From NCBI GenBank assembly GCA_963799845.1, contig CAWCYI010000006.1, positions 64,001 to 128,000 of the forward strand: a stretch of DNA of 64,000 nt. Direction: 5' to 3'. Every line of letters begins with the position of its first letter. The stretch's first letter is position 1. This document shows, piece after piece, positions 1-10,192 of the stretch. Both the position numbers and the translations under genes were made by a program. Below the pieces are notes generated by a model, which did not search any database, was not told where the DNA came from, and saw only the letters and a program-made list of their open reading frames with translations. Source of the DNA: an uncultured Nitrososphaerota archaeon (GTDB lineage: Archaea > Thermoproteota > Nitrososphaeria > Nitrososphaerales > CADDZS01).

Positions 1-399
1 AGGAAGCGATCAGGGAACATGGCAGACCAGCATCAATCCTCTCAGACAGAGGTACATCCTTCTATGCGGTCGAAGCTGAAACAAAAACGAAAGGTCTCAC
101 TGAATTCGAGCTCTATCTGATGAGGAATCACATCAAACATATTCTTTCAAGAGTGAGACATCCCCAAACCAATGGAAAATTGGAGAAGCTCTTTGATACG
201 GTTGAAAGAGGACTCGCGAAGGGATTCTCTCCGATTGAGGAGTGCGTACGCTGGTACAACTGCATCAAGCCCCACGGAGCCCTTGATCTGGAGAGAGCTG
301 AAACTCCACTGGAAGCCTACTACAGGAAGATGGAAATAAAAGAGGAACTCATAGATCCTTCAATCATGTGGGAGAGCGAAATGATTCTTTGATAGAACA
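1..399 (+). mobile_element. 3' part of an IS481-family (ISA0963-like) insertion sequence; transposase C-terminus runs from the window edge to 392
   Basis: Open frame from position 3: ILSDRGTSF...HPQTNGKLEKLF...WYNCIKPHGAL (rve core, second D and the E). The sequence ends ...GATAGAACA at 399, matching the TGT...ACA termini of IS481. Confidence 0.8.
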
Positions 400-451
400 C
401 TGATCGGAAAAATTCGTAAAACCTAATAGATAGCCGATCGAGAAACTCTTC

Positions 452-742
452 ATGCCGTTATATGTAACCCTCTTCAAATTCACCGAGCAAGGAAGAAAGA
501 CGATCAAGGATTCTCCAAAGCGCGTCCGCGAAGCCTCTGCCGCGATTGAAAAAATGGGAGGCAAAGTCTTGCGAGTCGTGTATACTACAGGGCAGTATGA
601 TCTAGTCGCATTTGTAGAGGGAAGCGAGGAGTTGGCTCTTACATTTGCCGCAGGAACGGCTTCGTTAGGGAACGTCGTCGGTGAAACCCTCCACGCATAT
701 TCGATCGAAGAGTTTGAAAAGGCGCTGAGCAAAATCTCCTAG
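452..742 (+). CDS. GYD domain protein
   Basis: MPLYVTLFKFTEQG...TTGQYDLV pattern, 96 aa. Confidence 0.8.
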   Translation: MPLYVTLFKFTEQGRKTIKDSPKRVREASAAIEKMGGKVLRVVYTTGQYDLVAFVEGSEELALTFAAGTASLGNVVGETLHAYSIEEFEKALSKIS

Positions 743-864
743 CGCAACGAGAGTACCAATTTTCGATCCCTGACCACATCAATATTTCATTCCCGATCGA
801 ATCCGGTAGAAAACAATTCTTTCCTGATGTCTAATTCCGGAGAATGCGCGGGATAAGTTAGTAG

Positions 865-1254
865 TTGAAAGCAAGTCGAGTTTTGCTCTCAATCCTTTTC
901 GTATATATTTTCGCAGAAGTTTTTTTGAACTTCTCGCTCCTGGGAAGTGTGTTTGATATCGTCCATCAAGCCCCATTTTTTCAGGGAGTAATTCTAAATT
1001 TCTTTTACTGGAATCTAGGAAATGTTATCCTTGTCGTGATTACGGTATCTGTAATGTTTGTCGAGAAAGAACAGACCCTCTGGCGGAAAAAGACGATTTC
1101 ATCAGTCGAAAACTGGCCACGGAGAAGTACTACCGCGGAGCAGAGAATCTCTCTTTTATTAGATCATCTCGGTGAAGTCATTTTTTCTCCTCGTGAATGT
1201 TCATTCACCCTTCGAGAAATTTTCAATGATGGTAGTTTTGATGCTTATTCCTAG
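865..1254 (+). CDS. Hypothetical membrane protein (3' end uncertain, overlaps next gene)
   Basis: Two hydrophobic segments in the N-terminal half, TTG start. Confidence 0.35.
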   Translation: MKASRVLLSILFVYIFAEVFLNFSLLGSVFDIVHQAPFFQGVILNFFYWNLGNVILVVITVSVMFVEKEQTLWRKKTISSVENWPRRSTTAEQRISLLLDHLGEVIFSPRECSFTLREIFNDGSFDAYS

Positions 1255-1959
1255 AACAATTTCTGACCTGTGGATCCGCATCTTGACCAGATCCCTATAT
1301 TTTTCCATGATTCTCCTTTCATTTTCGTTCTGGATCAAGAAAAATATCTCGATCACCCCAAGCTCGCTCACCGCGATCTCTATGTCGTCGAGCAATTCAA
1401 CGCTGTATCCCAAAATCGCGTAGGTCGAATATCGTTCTGTCCCGGCTCGGTCAAAGAAAGATTTGTAGCCACCGAAGACGGGCTTCGAAACGATCAGGTA
1501 ATACCCTGCTTTCCGCTGCTCCATCATCATTGGGAGTATCCCAAGAGTGCGCAGTTTGAGCATTTCAGAGTAAACCTTCGTTCCTTTGGCCATCCCCTCC
1601 ATCCTTTCCTTCTCGAGTTTCTCATTTACAGAGTCGAGCTCGACGGCAGTCTGTACTCTATTTTCAAATTGCCTTACAAGATGGACGTAGATGTTTGGGG
1701 CGACTCTTTTCATTTCAAATAAATGATCGGTGACCAGTTTCATTGCCCCGCAATTGTCATGAGTGATAATTCTAATTTCTGCAAAATTATTCTCAAGCAA
1801 CAATCTGTCAATTGTGTTTTTCAATCCGAACACGTTCGCGCCGGCGTTAGAAATGATGACGGTTTCTACATTGTCGAATTCCTTCAGCTTCTCCACTAGG
1901 CGTCTATCCATACAAGTTACGATCAACCTTTTCGACAAACAGTTAGCTTGCTCTTTCAT
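1201..1959 (-). CDS. Beta-class carbonic anhydrase-like protein with C-terminal extension
   Basis: Zn ligand motifs TCMDRR, NAG and HDNCGA. Confidence 0.7.
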   Translation of the reverse strand: MKEQANCLSKRLIVTCMDRRLVEKLKEFDNVETVIISNAGANVFGLKNTIDRLLLENNFAEIRIITHDNCGAMKLVTDHLFEMKRVAPNIYVHLVRQFENRVQTAVELDSVNEKLEKERMEGMAKGTKVYSEMLKLRTLGILPMMMEQRKAGYYLIVSKPVFGGYKSFFDRAGTERYSTYAILGYSVELLDDIEIAVSELGVIEIFFLIQNENERRIMEKYRDLVKMRIHRSEIVLGISIKTTIIENFSKGE

Positions 1960-2043
1960 CGTCCTTGTAAAATCTGCGATAGAATAGGCTTGAGTTGAAA
2001 AGTTCTGAAAAGTTGCTTCCTTCGGAAGCTAATGAGATTATCA

Positions 2044-2313
2044 TTATTGAGCAGGAATTTGAGGTGTTCCGCACTCGGGGCAGTAGCCAGCAAAACGTGG
2101 CATACTCGTCCCGCATCTCGCGCAGGATTTTGATTGAGTATTCTGAGTTCCAGCTTGAACAGGAATAGCCGCTTGATTCTGAATCTTGCTCTTTGGGGCT
2201 TTCCTTCTTTCAAGAAACTGAAGACTGCCGTAAATTAGCAGGAAAAAGACCGAAAAGAATAGAACGAACAGAATCAGGATAGTTACAATGGGATGAGTCC
2301 CTATTACAGCCAT
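2044..2313 (-). CDS. Membrane-anchored zinc-ribbon protein
   Basis: N-terminal TM helix, then CARCG...YCPECG. Confidence 0.7.
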   Translation of the reverse strand: MAVIGTHPIVTILILFVLFFSVFFLLIYGSLQFLERRKAPKSKIQNQAAIPVQAGTQNTQSKSCARCGTSMPRFAGYCPECGTPQIPAQ

Positions 2314-2387
2314 GGGGAAATGTCAATAGACGAATTTGCGATTTAAGTTTTCATCGCGTACGACGAACAAGTTCGTAATTTTGGAGC

Positions 2388-3161
2388 TTACGCCATCGGG
2401 ATTGGCTCGGGCTCCTCGTCCGCGCCCTGAATCCAGCTGTAACCCAGCTCCTCAAGTTTGCTGGCCAGTTCCGGTCCACCAGATACAGCAATCTTTCCCT
2501 TTACGAGGACGTGCACAAACTGGGGCTTTACGTATCGCAAAATCCTCTGGTAGTGAGTAATCAAAAGGATTCCAATGTCGGAACTCTTGACCGAGTTTAT
2601 TCCATCGGAGACGAGCTTTAGGGCGTCGATGTCAAGCCCTGAGTCGGTTTCATCCAGAACCGCAAACTTGGGTCTCAGAACTGACAGCTGCACTACTTCC
2701 GCTTTCTTCTTTTCTCCGCCCGAAAATCCTTCATTGAGATATCTGGTGGCAAAGCTCCTCTCCATTCCGACGACCTCGAACTTGTCCTCTAAGAGTTTCC
2801 TGAAATCGCGGACGAGCATCGGTTCGTCCTTCCTCACCGCGTTGTAAGAAATTCTAAGAAAATTGGAAAGGCTGACCCCTGGTATCTCAAGGGGATACTG
2901 GAAGCCGAGAAACAGACCGTCTAGAGCCCTCTTGTTGGGAGGCAGGTCCTTGATGCTCTTTCCGTCGATTCTGATGTCTCCGGAAATCAACTTGTACTTC
3001 GGATGACCCATCAGAGTGTAGGCAAGCGTGCTCTTGCCAGATCCGTTCGGTCCCATGAAGGCGTGAATTTCGCCTGTCTTGACAGTCAGTGAGACTCCCT
3101 TCAGAATCTCCTTGTCCGCAATTCCCGCGTGAAGGTCGATAATTTCTAAACTGTGAACCAT
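2388..3161 (-). CDS. sufC: Fe-S cluster assembly ATPase SufC
   Basis: GPNGSGKSTL, FQYPLEIPGV, NEGFSGGEKK, DETDSGLDIDAL, ITHYQR. Confidence 0.95.
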   Translation of the reverse strand: MVHSLEIIDLHAGIADKEILKGVSLTVKTGEIHAFMGPNGSGKSTLAYTLMGHPKYKLISGDIRIDGKSIKDLPPNKRALDGLFLGFQYPLEIPGVSLSNFLRISYNAVRKDEPMLVRDFRKLLEDKFEVVGMERSFATRYLNEGFSGGEKKKAEVVQLSVLRPKFAVLDETDSGLDIDALKLVSDGINSVKSSDIGILLITHYQRILRYVKPQFVHVLVKGKIAVSGGPELASKLEELGYSWIQGADEEPEPIPMA

Positions 3162-3277
3162 TTTCTAAGACCAAAATCCGTGAAACCCCGCCGGTCTCAA
3201 AGGGAAAGATTATGACGTATGTTATAAAGCCTTTTTGGGTCGCAACGGGCGAAAGTCTTCTTTCCTGAGAACCGGGA

Positions 3278-4135
3278 CTAGATGAATTCTTGGAATAGTT
3301 GCTGCGGATTCGCGACGCCGAGCTGTGCCTTGACGGGGTTTCCAAACTTCAGCGCTGGATCCTGTTCCTCGTATGTGGGCTTTTGGATCTCGTAAAACAG
3401 GCCAAGCGGAATCTTCGGATCCCACTCCCTCGACTTCGCAATCGCCAAGTCCATGCTAGAAGTGTTGTAATCAGGTCCGTTAAACTTGTAGCATTTCTGC
3501 CTGAAATAGTCGTAAGTGTCTAACTTATTCCATGTTACGCAGGGGCTAAAAACATCGACCAGGGAAAAGCCCTTGTGCTTTATCCCGTTCTCGATGAGTT
3601 CCGTCAGATGCTTCGGATCTCCCGAGAAACCGCGGGACACGTAAGAGGCACCAGCCGCCAGTGCCAGAGCGATAGGATTGATTGGCTCCTCGATAGTACC
3701 TTGAGGCGAGGATTTCGTCACGAAACCCCTCTGGCTCGTCGGCGAAGCCTGTCCCGTAGTCAGTCCATAGGTCTGGTTGTCCATCACGATGTAAGTAATG
3801 TCGAGATTTCTGCGCATCGCGTGTATGAAATGCCCCAAGCCGATTCCATAACCGTCGCCGTCCCCTCCGGTCACAACGACGTTCAAATCGGGATTGGCGA
3901 GTCTCGCTCCCGTCGCGATCGGCATTGCACGACCGTGAAGGCTGTGAAAACCGTACGCGTGGATGAATCCCGGAAGATTGCTCGAGCAACCGATTCCGGA
4001 AACGACGAAAAGATCCTTAGGATCGATGTTCAGGTTTGCAACGGCTTGGATGAGCGCGTTAAGCACTCCAAAGTCTCCACAACCCGGACACCAGTCAGGC
4101 CTCGTCTCACTCTTGTACTTTGATAATTCCATCAT
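3278..4135 (-). CDS. korB: 2-oxoacid:ferredoxin oxidoreductase beta subunit
   Basis: WCPGCGDFG, SGIGCSS, GGDGDG TPP motif, YGLTTGQASPT. Confidence 0.9.
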   Translation of the reverse strand: MMELSKYKSETRPDWCPGCGDFGVLNALIQAVANLNIDPKDLFVVSGIGCSSNLPGFIHAYGFHSLHGRAMPIATGARLANPDLNVVVTGGDGDGYGIGLGHFIHAMRRNLDITYIVMDNQTYGLTTGQASPTSQRGFVTKSSPQGTIEEPINPIALALAAGASYVSRGFSGDPKHLTELIENGIKHKGFSLVDVFSPCVTWNKLDTYDYFRQKCYKFNGPDYNTSSMDLAIAKSREWDPKIPLGLFYEIQKPTYEEQDPALKFGNPVKAQLGVANPQQLFQEFI

Positions 4136-5886
4136 TTTTTACCAACAACCGCTTTTGCTTTGTTCACAATTTCATAGACGTAAATCGGCTCGCCGTCATA
4201 CTTTACGAATTTGTCCTTTATTTCAAATCCGGTTTCAGCTCGGATCATCCTCGCCATCTGCGAGGTGTAGTTACACTCCACGTTAAGCAGCTTCTTTGCG
4301 CTTTTCAGTGTTGCCAATACTTCATCTGATTTGAACGGCATGATGTTACGGATAGCGAATACATTAGTCGGGATTCCCTCTTTCGTGAGTGTATCAGCTG
4401 CTTCGAGAGCCACGCCGAAGGTAGATCCCCAGCAGACGAGTGTTAACTCGGCATCAGGCGCGCCGTAAATCTTGGGGGCAGCAATTTCGTTTCTCGCGAC
4501 TTCCATCTTTTTCATCCTCTTCTCCATCTGTCTTTCTCTCTCCTTCACGTACTTTGGAAGACCGGATAGAACGTCGCTCACCACCACTCCGCTTTCCATG
4601 TGTTCGTCGCTAGCGGCGACAAAGACTGTACCTGCCATGCCAGGGATCGCCCTGGGAGAGACTCCGGTTTCAGTAATTTTGAATCGCTGGTACGGCTCGG
4701 ATGGTGCAGTAGTAAGAAGGTCTCCTCGATCAATTACGATGTTGGGATTGAGGTCGTCAACTGTCTCAATGTGCTCCGATAGCAGCAGATCGCTCGCAAC
4801 TATTACCGGGCACTGGAATCTTTCGGCGAGATTGAACGCCTCGATCATGGCGTAATACGCGTCTTCCACGTTAAACGGAGCAAGCACTATCCTCGGAAAA
4901 TCTCCCTGTGATGCGCCCGTGATCATGTTGAGGTCCCCCTGCTCAGTTTTCGTCGGAAGACCGGTAGAAGGTCCGGCTCTTTGCGATTCGATGATAACGA
5001 TTGGCGTCTCCGTCATTCCCGCCAATCCAAGAGCCTCGACCATCAGCGAAAAGCCCCCGCCTGAAGTTCCGACCATCGACCTGACTCCAGCGTGTGCAGC
5101 CCCGATGCCCATATTGATAACAGCGAGTTCATCCTCCGCCTGCTTAACGACCACTTTTTGCGATGCCGCGTGTGCTGCCATCCAGTGAAGAATTCCTGAA
5201 GCCGGAGTCATGGGGTACGCCGCGTAAAACTTGCATCCGGCCATAACTGCTCCGAGAGAGATTGCCTGATTGCCGGTCATCAAAAGTTTGGGACGCGGGT
5301 TTGCAGGAAGAACAAGCTTGACGTCGAGCTGGCCGTAGTTTGCTTTCGCAAAATCGAGCCCCGAACTAGCAGCCTTCGTATTGGCATCTATCACCGCCTG
5401 CTTTTTCTTGCCGAAAACGTCGGCAAGCACCTGCGAAAATACTTCAAAATTCAGGTCAAGCAGGAAAATGGTCGCCCCCAGCGCGACGGTGTTTTGCATG
5501 ATGGGATTCTTGTCGAACTTGCGCGCCATGTCGGCGAGAGGCATCGCCAGAAGTTTGACGCCTTCGGGCACGAGATTTGCATTAAACTTCACCTTGTCCT
5601 TATCGTAGATGATAACTCCTCCCTTCGTAACAAACGGGGCGTGGACCTCTGCGGTCTCGGAATTCAGCGCGATAAGAACGTCCAGATTGTCTCCCTGGCT
5701 TGTGACTTTATCCAGACTTGCACGAACCTGAAACCAGACGTGCCCCCCGCGGATCGCGGACTGGTAGCTATTCATACCGTAAACATGGAGACCGCTCCTT
5801 GAGCAGGTCCTAGCGAAGATTTCGCCGGTGGATGAGATACCGTCTCCCGCGGCGCCACCGATTCTAACGTTAAAGTCATTCCTCAA
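4132..5886 (-). CDS. korA: 2-oxoacid:ferredoxin oxidoreductase alpha subunit (gamma-alpha fusion)
   Basis: GGAAGDG, YPMTPAS, QAEDELA, RAGPSTGLPT. Confidence 0.9.
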   Translation of the reverse strand: MRNDFNVRIGGAAGDGISSTGEIFARTCSRSGLHVYGMNSYQSAIRGGHVWFQVRASLDKVTSQGDNLDVLIALNSETAEVHAPFVTKGGVIIYDKDKVKFNANLVPEGVKLLAMPLADMARKFDKNPIMQNTVALGATIFLLDLNFEVFSQVLADVFGKKKQAVIDANTKAASSGLDFAKANYGQLDVKLVLPANPRPKLLMTGNQAISLGAVMAGCKFYAAYPMTPASGILHWMAAHAASQKVVVKQAEDELAVINMGIGAAHAGVRSMVGTSGGGFSLMVEALGLAGMTETPIVIIESQRAGPSTGLPTKTEQGDLNMITGASQGDFPRIVLAPFNVEDAYYAMIEAFNLAERFQCPVIVASDLLLSEHIETVDDLNPNIVIDRGDLLTTAPSEPYQRFKITETGVSPRAIPGMAGTVFVAASDEHMESGVVVSDVLSGLPKYVKERERQMEKRMKKMEVARNEIAAPKIYGAPDAELTLVCWGSTFGVALEAADTLTKEGIPTNVFAIRNIMPFKSDEVLATLKSAKKLLNVECNYTSQMARMIRAETGFEIKDKFVKYDGEPIYVYEIVNKAKAVVGKK

Positions 5887-6293
5887 AATCGAATTTCTCC
5901 TCGGTTCGATACTATCGGAAAATTTCTCGCCTATAATCCTAACTGCATGATTTGGAGTTTATTGAAAAGAGAAAGAAAGATGACGTTTCGGAGAAGCACT
6001 GTCCTTGACTGGAAACCCATCGGAGCTATCCCAGATCAAACTATCCCCTTGTTGAAATCCGAGACTCGATAAAACACTCCTGGCGCTGCAATTTTTTTTC
6101 GAAGTCAATAGCTGTTGTCTTACGGAAAACTACGCTCTATAATATTGCAAATCGGAAAAATTCCATAAATGAAATCTCTGACAACGGCTAACTCGTCGTT
6201 CGCAACTCCCAGAGGAATTTAGCCGAAATGATATTCAGCTCAAAGACCAAAACTTCGTCTCAGGATAGCCAGTACGTTCCGAACAGACTTGGC

Positions 6294-7143
6294 ATGCCAA
6301 GAAACTCTACTATTCATAACGTTAGCGAATTTTTCGTTTACGGATCGAGAAGAGGGGATGATGACAATCCAGAGAGGATCTTGCAGATCTTCCGGGCTCA
6401 CAGAGCTAAGCTGCTATCCGCGTCGATCTATCCAGGGAACGACCCCGCATCCGAGTTTGTCGTCGATTGTGTTGTCGATACTTCAAAGATTGACTGTCAG
6501 CTCGACGATCAGAAAACACAGATTTGTAAAGAGGGCAGATAAGGTAAAGATGAGCGGAAGGACTTTTAGTAGCTTCCTCTTCCCTCTCCTTGTTTCAAAT
6601 AGCAGGCGCGCGGTAATCCTTGATGCAGATAGTCTTTTGGCAATGGAAATTTCCTTGACCATTATTGACGGTTCCCAGGCGAAGTCAGTCCAATCGATTC
6701 TTTTCGAACAGGGTCGCACGCAGGGACACAAAATAACTGAGGACCTGAAATCCGACGCGGTTCCGAAGGAAAAGCAAAACGAGTACATGACAGAGGCGAT
6801 AAAGGCGTACATGCGTGCATCGGGCTGGGGTATCTTTGGTTCAAACCTAGACAGAGACGTCTACCAAGTAAACGTGACCGAGCCACCGTTCATAGAGACA
6901 AAAGGCTCATATTACGCAGGAGGAATCTATCTTAAGGGGTTGATTGCAGGATTGTTAGAATCAAAATCCGACACCGGATTCAGACTGGCAGTCAATCACG
7001 AATCATACAGCAAGGAAAAAAAGATTCTCTCGCTTTACTTCGCAAAAGAATCAGCTGTAAGCGAGTCAGTTTCTGCGAAAGCAGTTGAATCTGAAGAGAT
7101 GCAGTTGCGGGAGACGAATGAAGCAATTCTCGCGGAAGGCTAG
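6294..7143 (+). pseudogene. ACT-like plus V4R-like domain protein, frameshifted near 6510
   Basis: N-terminal part in the frame of ORF 6228 continues in the frame of ORF 6289 (EQGRTQG...ASGWG...GLIAG, V4R-like). Confidence 0.5.
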
Positions 7144-7405
7144 TTGCAGGACGAGCTTACTGATTCAAAGCCGTTCACGATTACGGGAGTAAATCACTAG
7201 AGAATCAGCCACTTGTCTCAAAACTCTCTACAAAATTTAAGAAAGCATCAGATGGAGACACTCTAAGTCTCTTGAGTTCGCCTCCTTGCTTCAGGTCTGA
7301 TCCAAGATGTCCTTCAGCGATGGAAATTTGTAAAACGATTGAACCCGAGTTCGTTGGCGTCGGCAATGTCCTACTAGCCAACGGCCTTTTTGGAAAAGGA
7401 GACAA

Positions 7406-7861
7406 ATGAGCGAATTAGAGTTGGTCGTAAGACCAACGGTCCAAAAATCACTAGTCAAGGGGCTCACTGCAATAGGGATCTTTTCTCTTTTCTTGCAAGT
7501 TAATATTTCCAACCTCGGAAATTATTTCATTTTTGTCGCAATCTCGTTGACTCTGGTCCTCGGATACATGGGAATGAAACGGTCAACGCGGTACATGATA
7601 AACGATAAGGGGGTTTCAATTATTCCATTTTTTCGGGCAGAGAAAACCATCTCCTACACCGATATCGTTGAAATGTCAGTTTCACAAGGAATCCTCGCGA
7701 AAAGATTTGGATGCGGAACAATTTTCTTACAGTTAGGTCAAAAGAAGGGTAGCTACATCGCAATTGGTCGTGGGATGGCAGAGGTATTGAAGGACGTCAA
7801 GAATCCAACGGGGATATACGACCGCATCACGTCCGCGATGAGTCCGTACTATATGTCTTGA
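7406..7861 (+). CDS. Membrane protein with bacterial PH (bPH_2-like) domain
   Basis: Two TM helices, then Y.I...I.Y.DI....VSQGILAKRFGCGTI. Confidence 0.7.
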   Translation: MSELELVVRPTVQKSLVKGLTAIGIFSLFLQVNISNLGNYFIFVAISLTLVLGYMGMKRSTRYMINDKGVSIIPFFRAEKTISYTDIVEMSVSQGILAKRFGCGTIFLQLGQKKGSYIAIGRGMAEVLKDVKNPTGIYDRITSAMSPYYMS

Positions 7862-7956
7862 AAGAAGCGTCTGTTCCCTGCGGTTGAGGAAAAAATGGAA
7901 AAGGATATTAGTCGTGCGAACCCTCCGTTCAAATTCAAAGTAGTCATCATGTCCCC

Positions 7957-9021
7957 TTGCGTTCCCGTTCGTCCCTACTTAGATTCATAATAAAGCGGAT
8001 ACTCCTCAGCATTCCCGTTCTGCTGGGAGTAGTTTTACTTACTTTCATAATTTCGAGAGTCGTTGTGCCAAATCCTGCTCGCACTTGGGCGGGGATCAAG
8101 GCATCTCAAAGTTACGTGAACGAGCTTACCATAAGATACCATTTCAATGATCCTCTCTGGGTCCAGTTCTATTACTATGTTCGTGGTTACCTCTCCGGAG
8201 ACTGGGGCATCTCTCCCACCTCCCAGCAGCCCGTGCTTCCGCAAATAGAGGCTTTCCTTCCAGCGACAATTGAGCTAACGCTCGTCGCGATAGTACTCAT
8301 CATCATATTTGGAATAACTCTCGGAGTGGTTGCTGCGATCAAGAAGGACAAATGGCCGGATCAGTTATCTAGACTCAGTGCTCTCGCCGGTGTATCCTCT
8401 CCACCGTTTTTAGGGGCGATCATTATTCTTCTGATTTTCTTTTTTTATCTTCACTGGTTTCCAGACGGGAGCAGACTCGATCCTGGATTGAGTCCTCCTT
8501 CCGGGATATCGTTTGCTCTCTTTGGCGCACATGTTTCACTTCCGCCTACCGGACTGTACGTTTTCGACAGCCTAGTGACCGGTAACTGGGTAGATCTTGT
8601 GAGCGCGATCCACCACATAATCCTGCCCGCTTTTGCGCTTGCAGTCACTTATTTCGGAATCACGACCAGGCTCGTGCGATCCGATATGCTTCGGGTACTG
8701 GGGGAGGACTACGTGAGGACAGCGAAGAGTAAAGGGTTGAGTCAGTCCGTTGTGATTTTCAAACACGCTCTTCGCAACGCGCTAATCCCCGCCACGACCA
8801 TCATTGCCCTGAACTTCGCAACTCTCCTAGGTGGAACCGTCGTGATTGAAGACATATTCAACTGGCCCGGAATAGGCAGGTTCACCGTCCAGGCTCTTGA
8901 GAATCTCGATTATCCGACAATAATCGGAACCACGCTCGTGTTCGCCGTCGGAGTCGTCGCGGTGAATCTCATTGCGGACGTACTGTATGCGGTCTTTGAC
9001 CCGAGAATAGAACCGGAGTAG
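7957..9021 (+). CDS. Opp/Dpp-family ABC transporter permease (B subunit)
   Basis: PATIEL, EDYVRTAKSKGL (EAA loop), IFNWPGIG. Confidence 0.9.
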   Translation: MRSRSSLLRFIIKRILLSIPVLLGVVLLTFIISRVVVPNPARTWAGIKASQSYVNELTIRYHFNDPLWVQFYYYVRGYLSGDWGISPTSQQPVLPQIEAFLPATIELTLVAIVLIIIFGITLGVVAAIKKDKWPDQLSRLSALAGVSSPPFLGAIIILLIFFFYLHWFPDGSRLDPGLSPPSGISFALFGAHVSLPPTGLYVFDSLVTGNWVDLVSAIHHIILPAFALAVTYFGITTRLVRSDMLRVLGEDYVRTAKSKGLSQSVVIFKHALRNALIPATTIIALNFATLLGGTVVIEDIFNWPGIGRFTVQALENLDYPTIIGTTLVFAVGVVAVNLIADVLYAVFDPRIEPE

Positions 9022-9028
9022 TGAACCC

Positions 9029-10055
9029 ATGGAAAAAAATGACGATGCTTCGAAGCTAAGCACTAGACTAGGGAAGTTGATTCCCTATGCGGTACGTCAG
9101 TGGTTATCGACGATGGCTCTCATTCGCAAGCGGAAGCTCTCTCTTATCGGAGCTTTGCTCGTATCTGGTTTTCTGATACTCGCACTTCTAGAAGGAATCT
9201 TCAAGAACGCCATTCTCCCGTATTCTCTGAAAGCACGGACAACTCCGAACCTTCCACCGAGCATCATTGCTTGGCCTCCTAATTTTTCTCACATTTTCGG
9301 GACTGATCCGTTGGGACGCGATCTTTTCTCCCAGATTATCGCTGCGCTTCCTCTTGACGCAGAGGTTGCCCTCCTCGTGATTATATCAGTCTGTGGCCAT
9401 CGGTGTAGCGTTGGGGATTCTTGCAGGGTTCTTAGGCGGAAAAACAAATCAGCTCATAATGAGGATCACTGACGTATTCATTGCATTCCCAGGTCTCATA
9501 CTGGCAATTGCGATCGCTGCTTCTCTTGGACCAGGTCTCATACATGCGATGGAGGCTCTTATCGTGATCTGGTGGCCTACTTACACTAGACTCGCCAGGG
9601 GAGAGTCCCTCGCGTTGAAAGATAGGCTCTACATCGATGCGGCTAGAGCGGCGGGACTTTCAAATTTGAAAATTATGATCAAACACATCGCGCCCAACAT
9701 CGTTTCTCCCTTGATAGTATACGCCACACTCGACATTGGTAACGTAATCCTTCAGACCTCTGTGCTCGCCTACGTGGGCTTGGGGGCGCAACCTCCCACA
9801 CCGGAATTGGGAAGGTTTGTTTTCGATTATCAGGTATACCTTTTCGTATACCCGTGGCTTTCACTCATACCAGGGGCGACAATCTTCTTTATCGTGCTTG
9901 GATTCAATCTCTTAGGAGATGGCCTCAGGGATGTGTTGGATCCTCGTCTGCGACGGATGATAGCACTCAGTCCGCGTAAGAAGAAGGAATCCGAACAGGC
10001 TTCGAAGGTTTCAATCCCTCAGATATCAAGCTCTACCGAGAAAACTGTCAGTTAG
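9029..10055 (+). CDS. Opp/Dpp-family ABC transporter permease (C subunit), 1-nt frameshift near 9390
   Basis: HIFGTDPLGRD in the first frame; MRITDVFIAFP, YIDAARAAG and GDGLRDVLDPR in the second. Confidence 0.8.
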
Positions 10056-10104
10056 AGACGGTCTCATAAGAGTATTTCAATTATGGCATTGTTGAAAGGG
10101 TCAA

Positions 10105-10167
10105 AAGATGATGATTCAGTGTATTCACCCCGGACAGGGATCAGAATCCGGCGATAGGTCCAGAAAC
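10105..10167 (+). ncRNA. Candidate C/D box sRNA
   Basis: Box C ATGATGA (10108-10114), guide GTATTCACC complementary to the conserved 16S GGUGAAUAC, degenerate D' (CGGA) and D (CAGA, 10161-10164), ~57 nt from C to D. Confidence 0.35.
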
Positions 10168-10192
10168 GGAGAATATTAGTCGAAACAATCAA

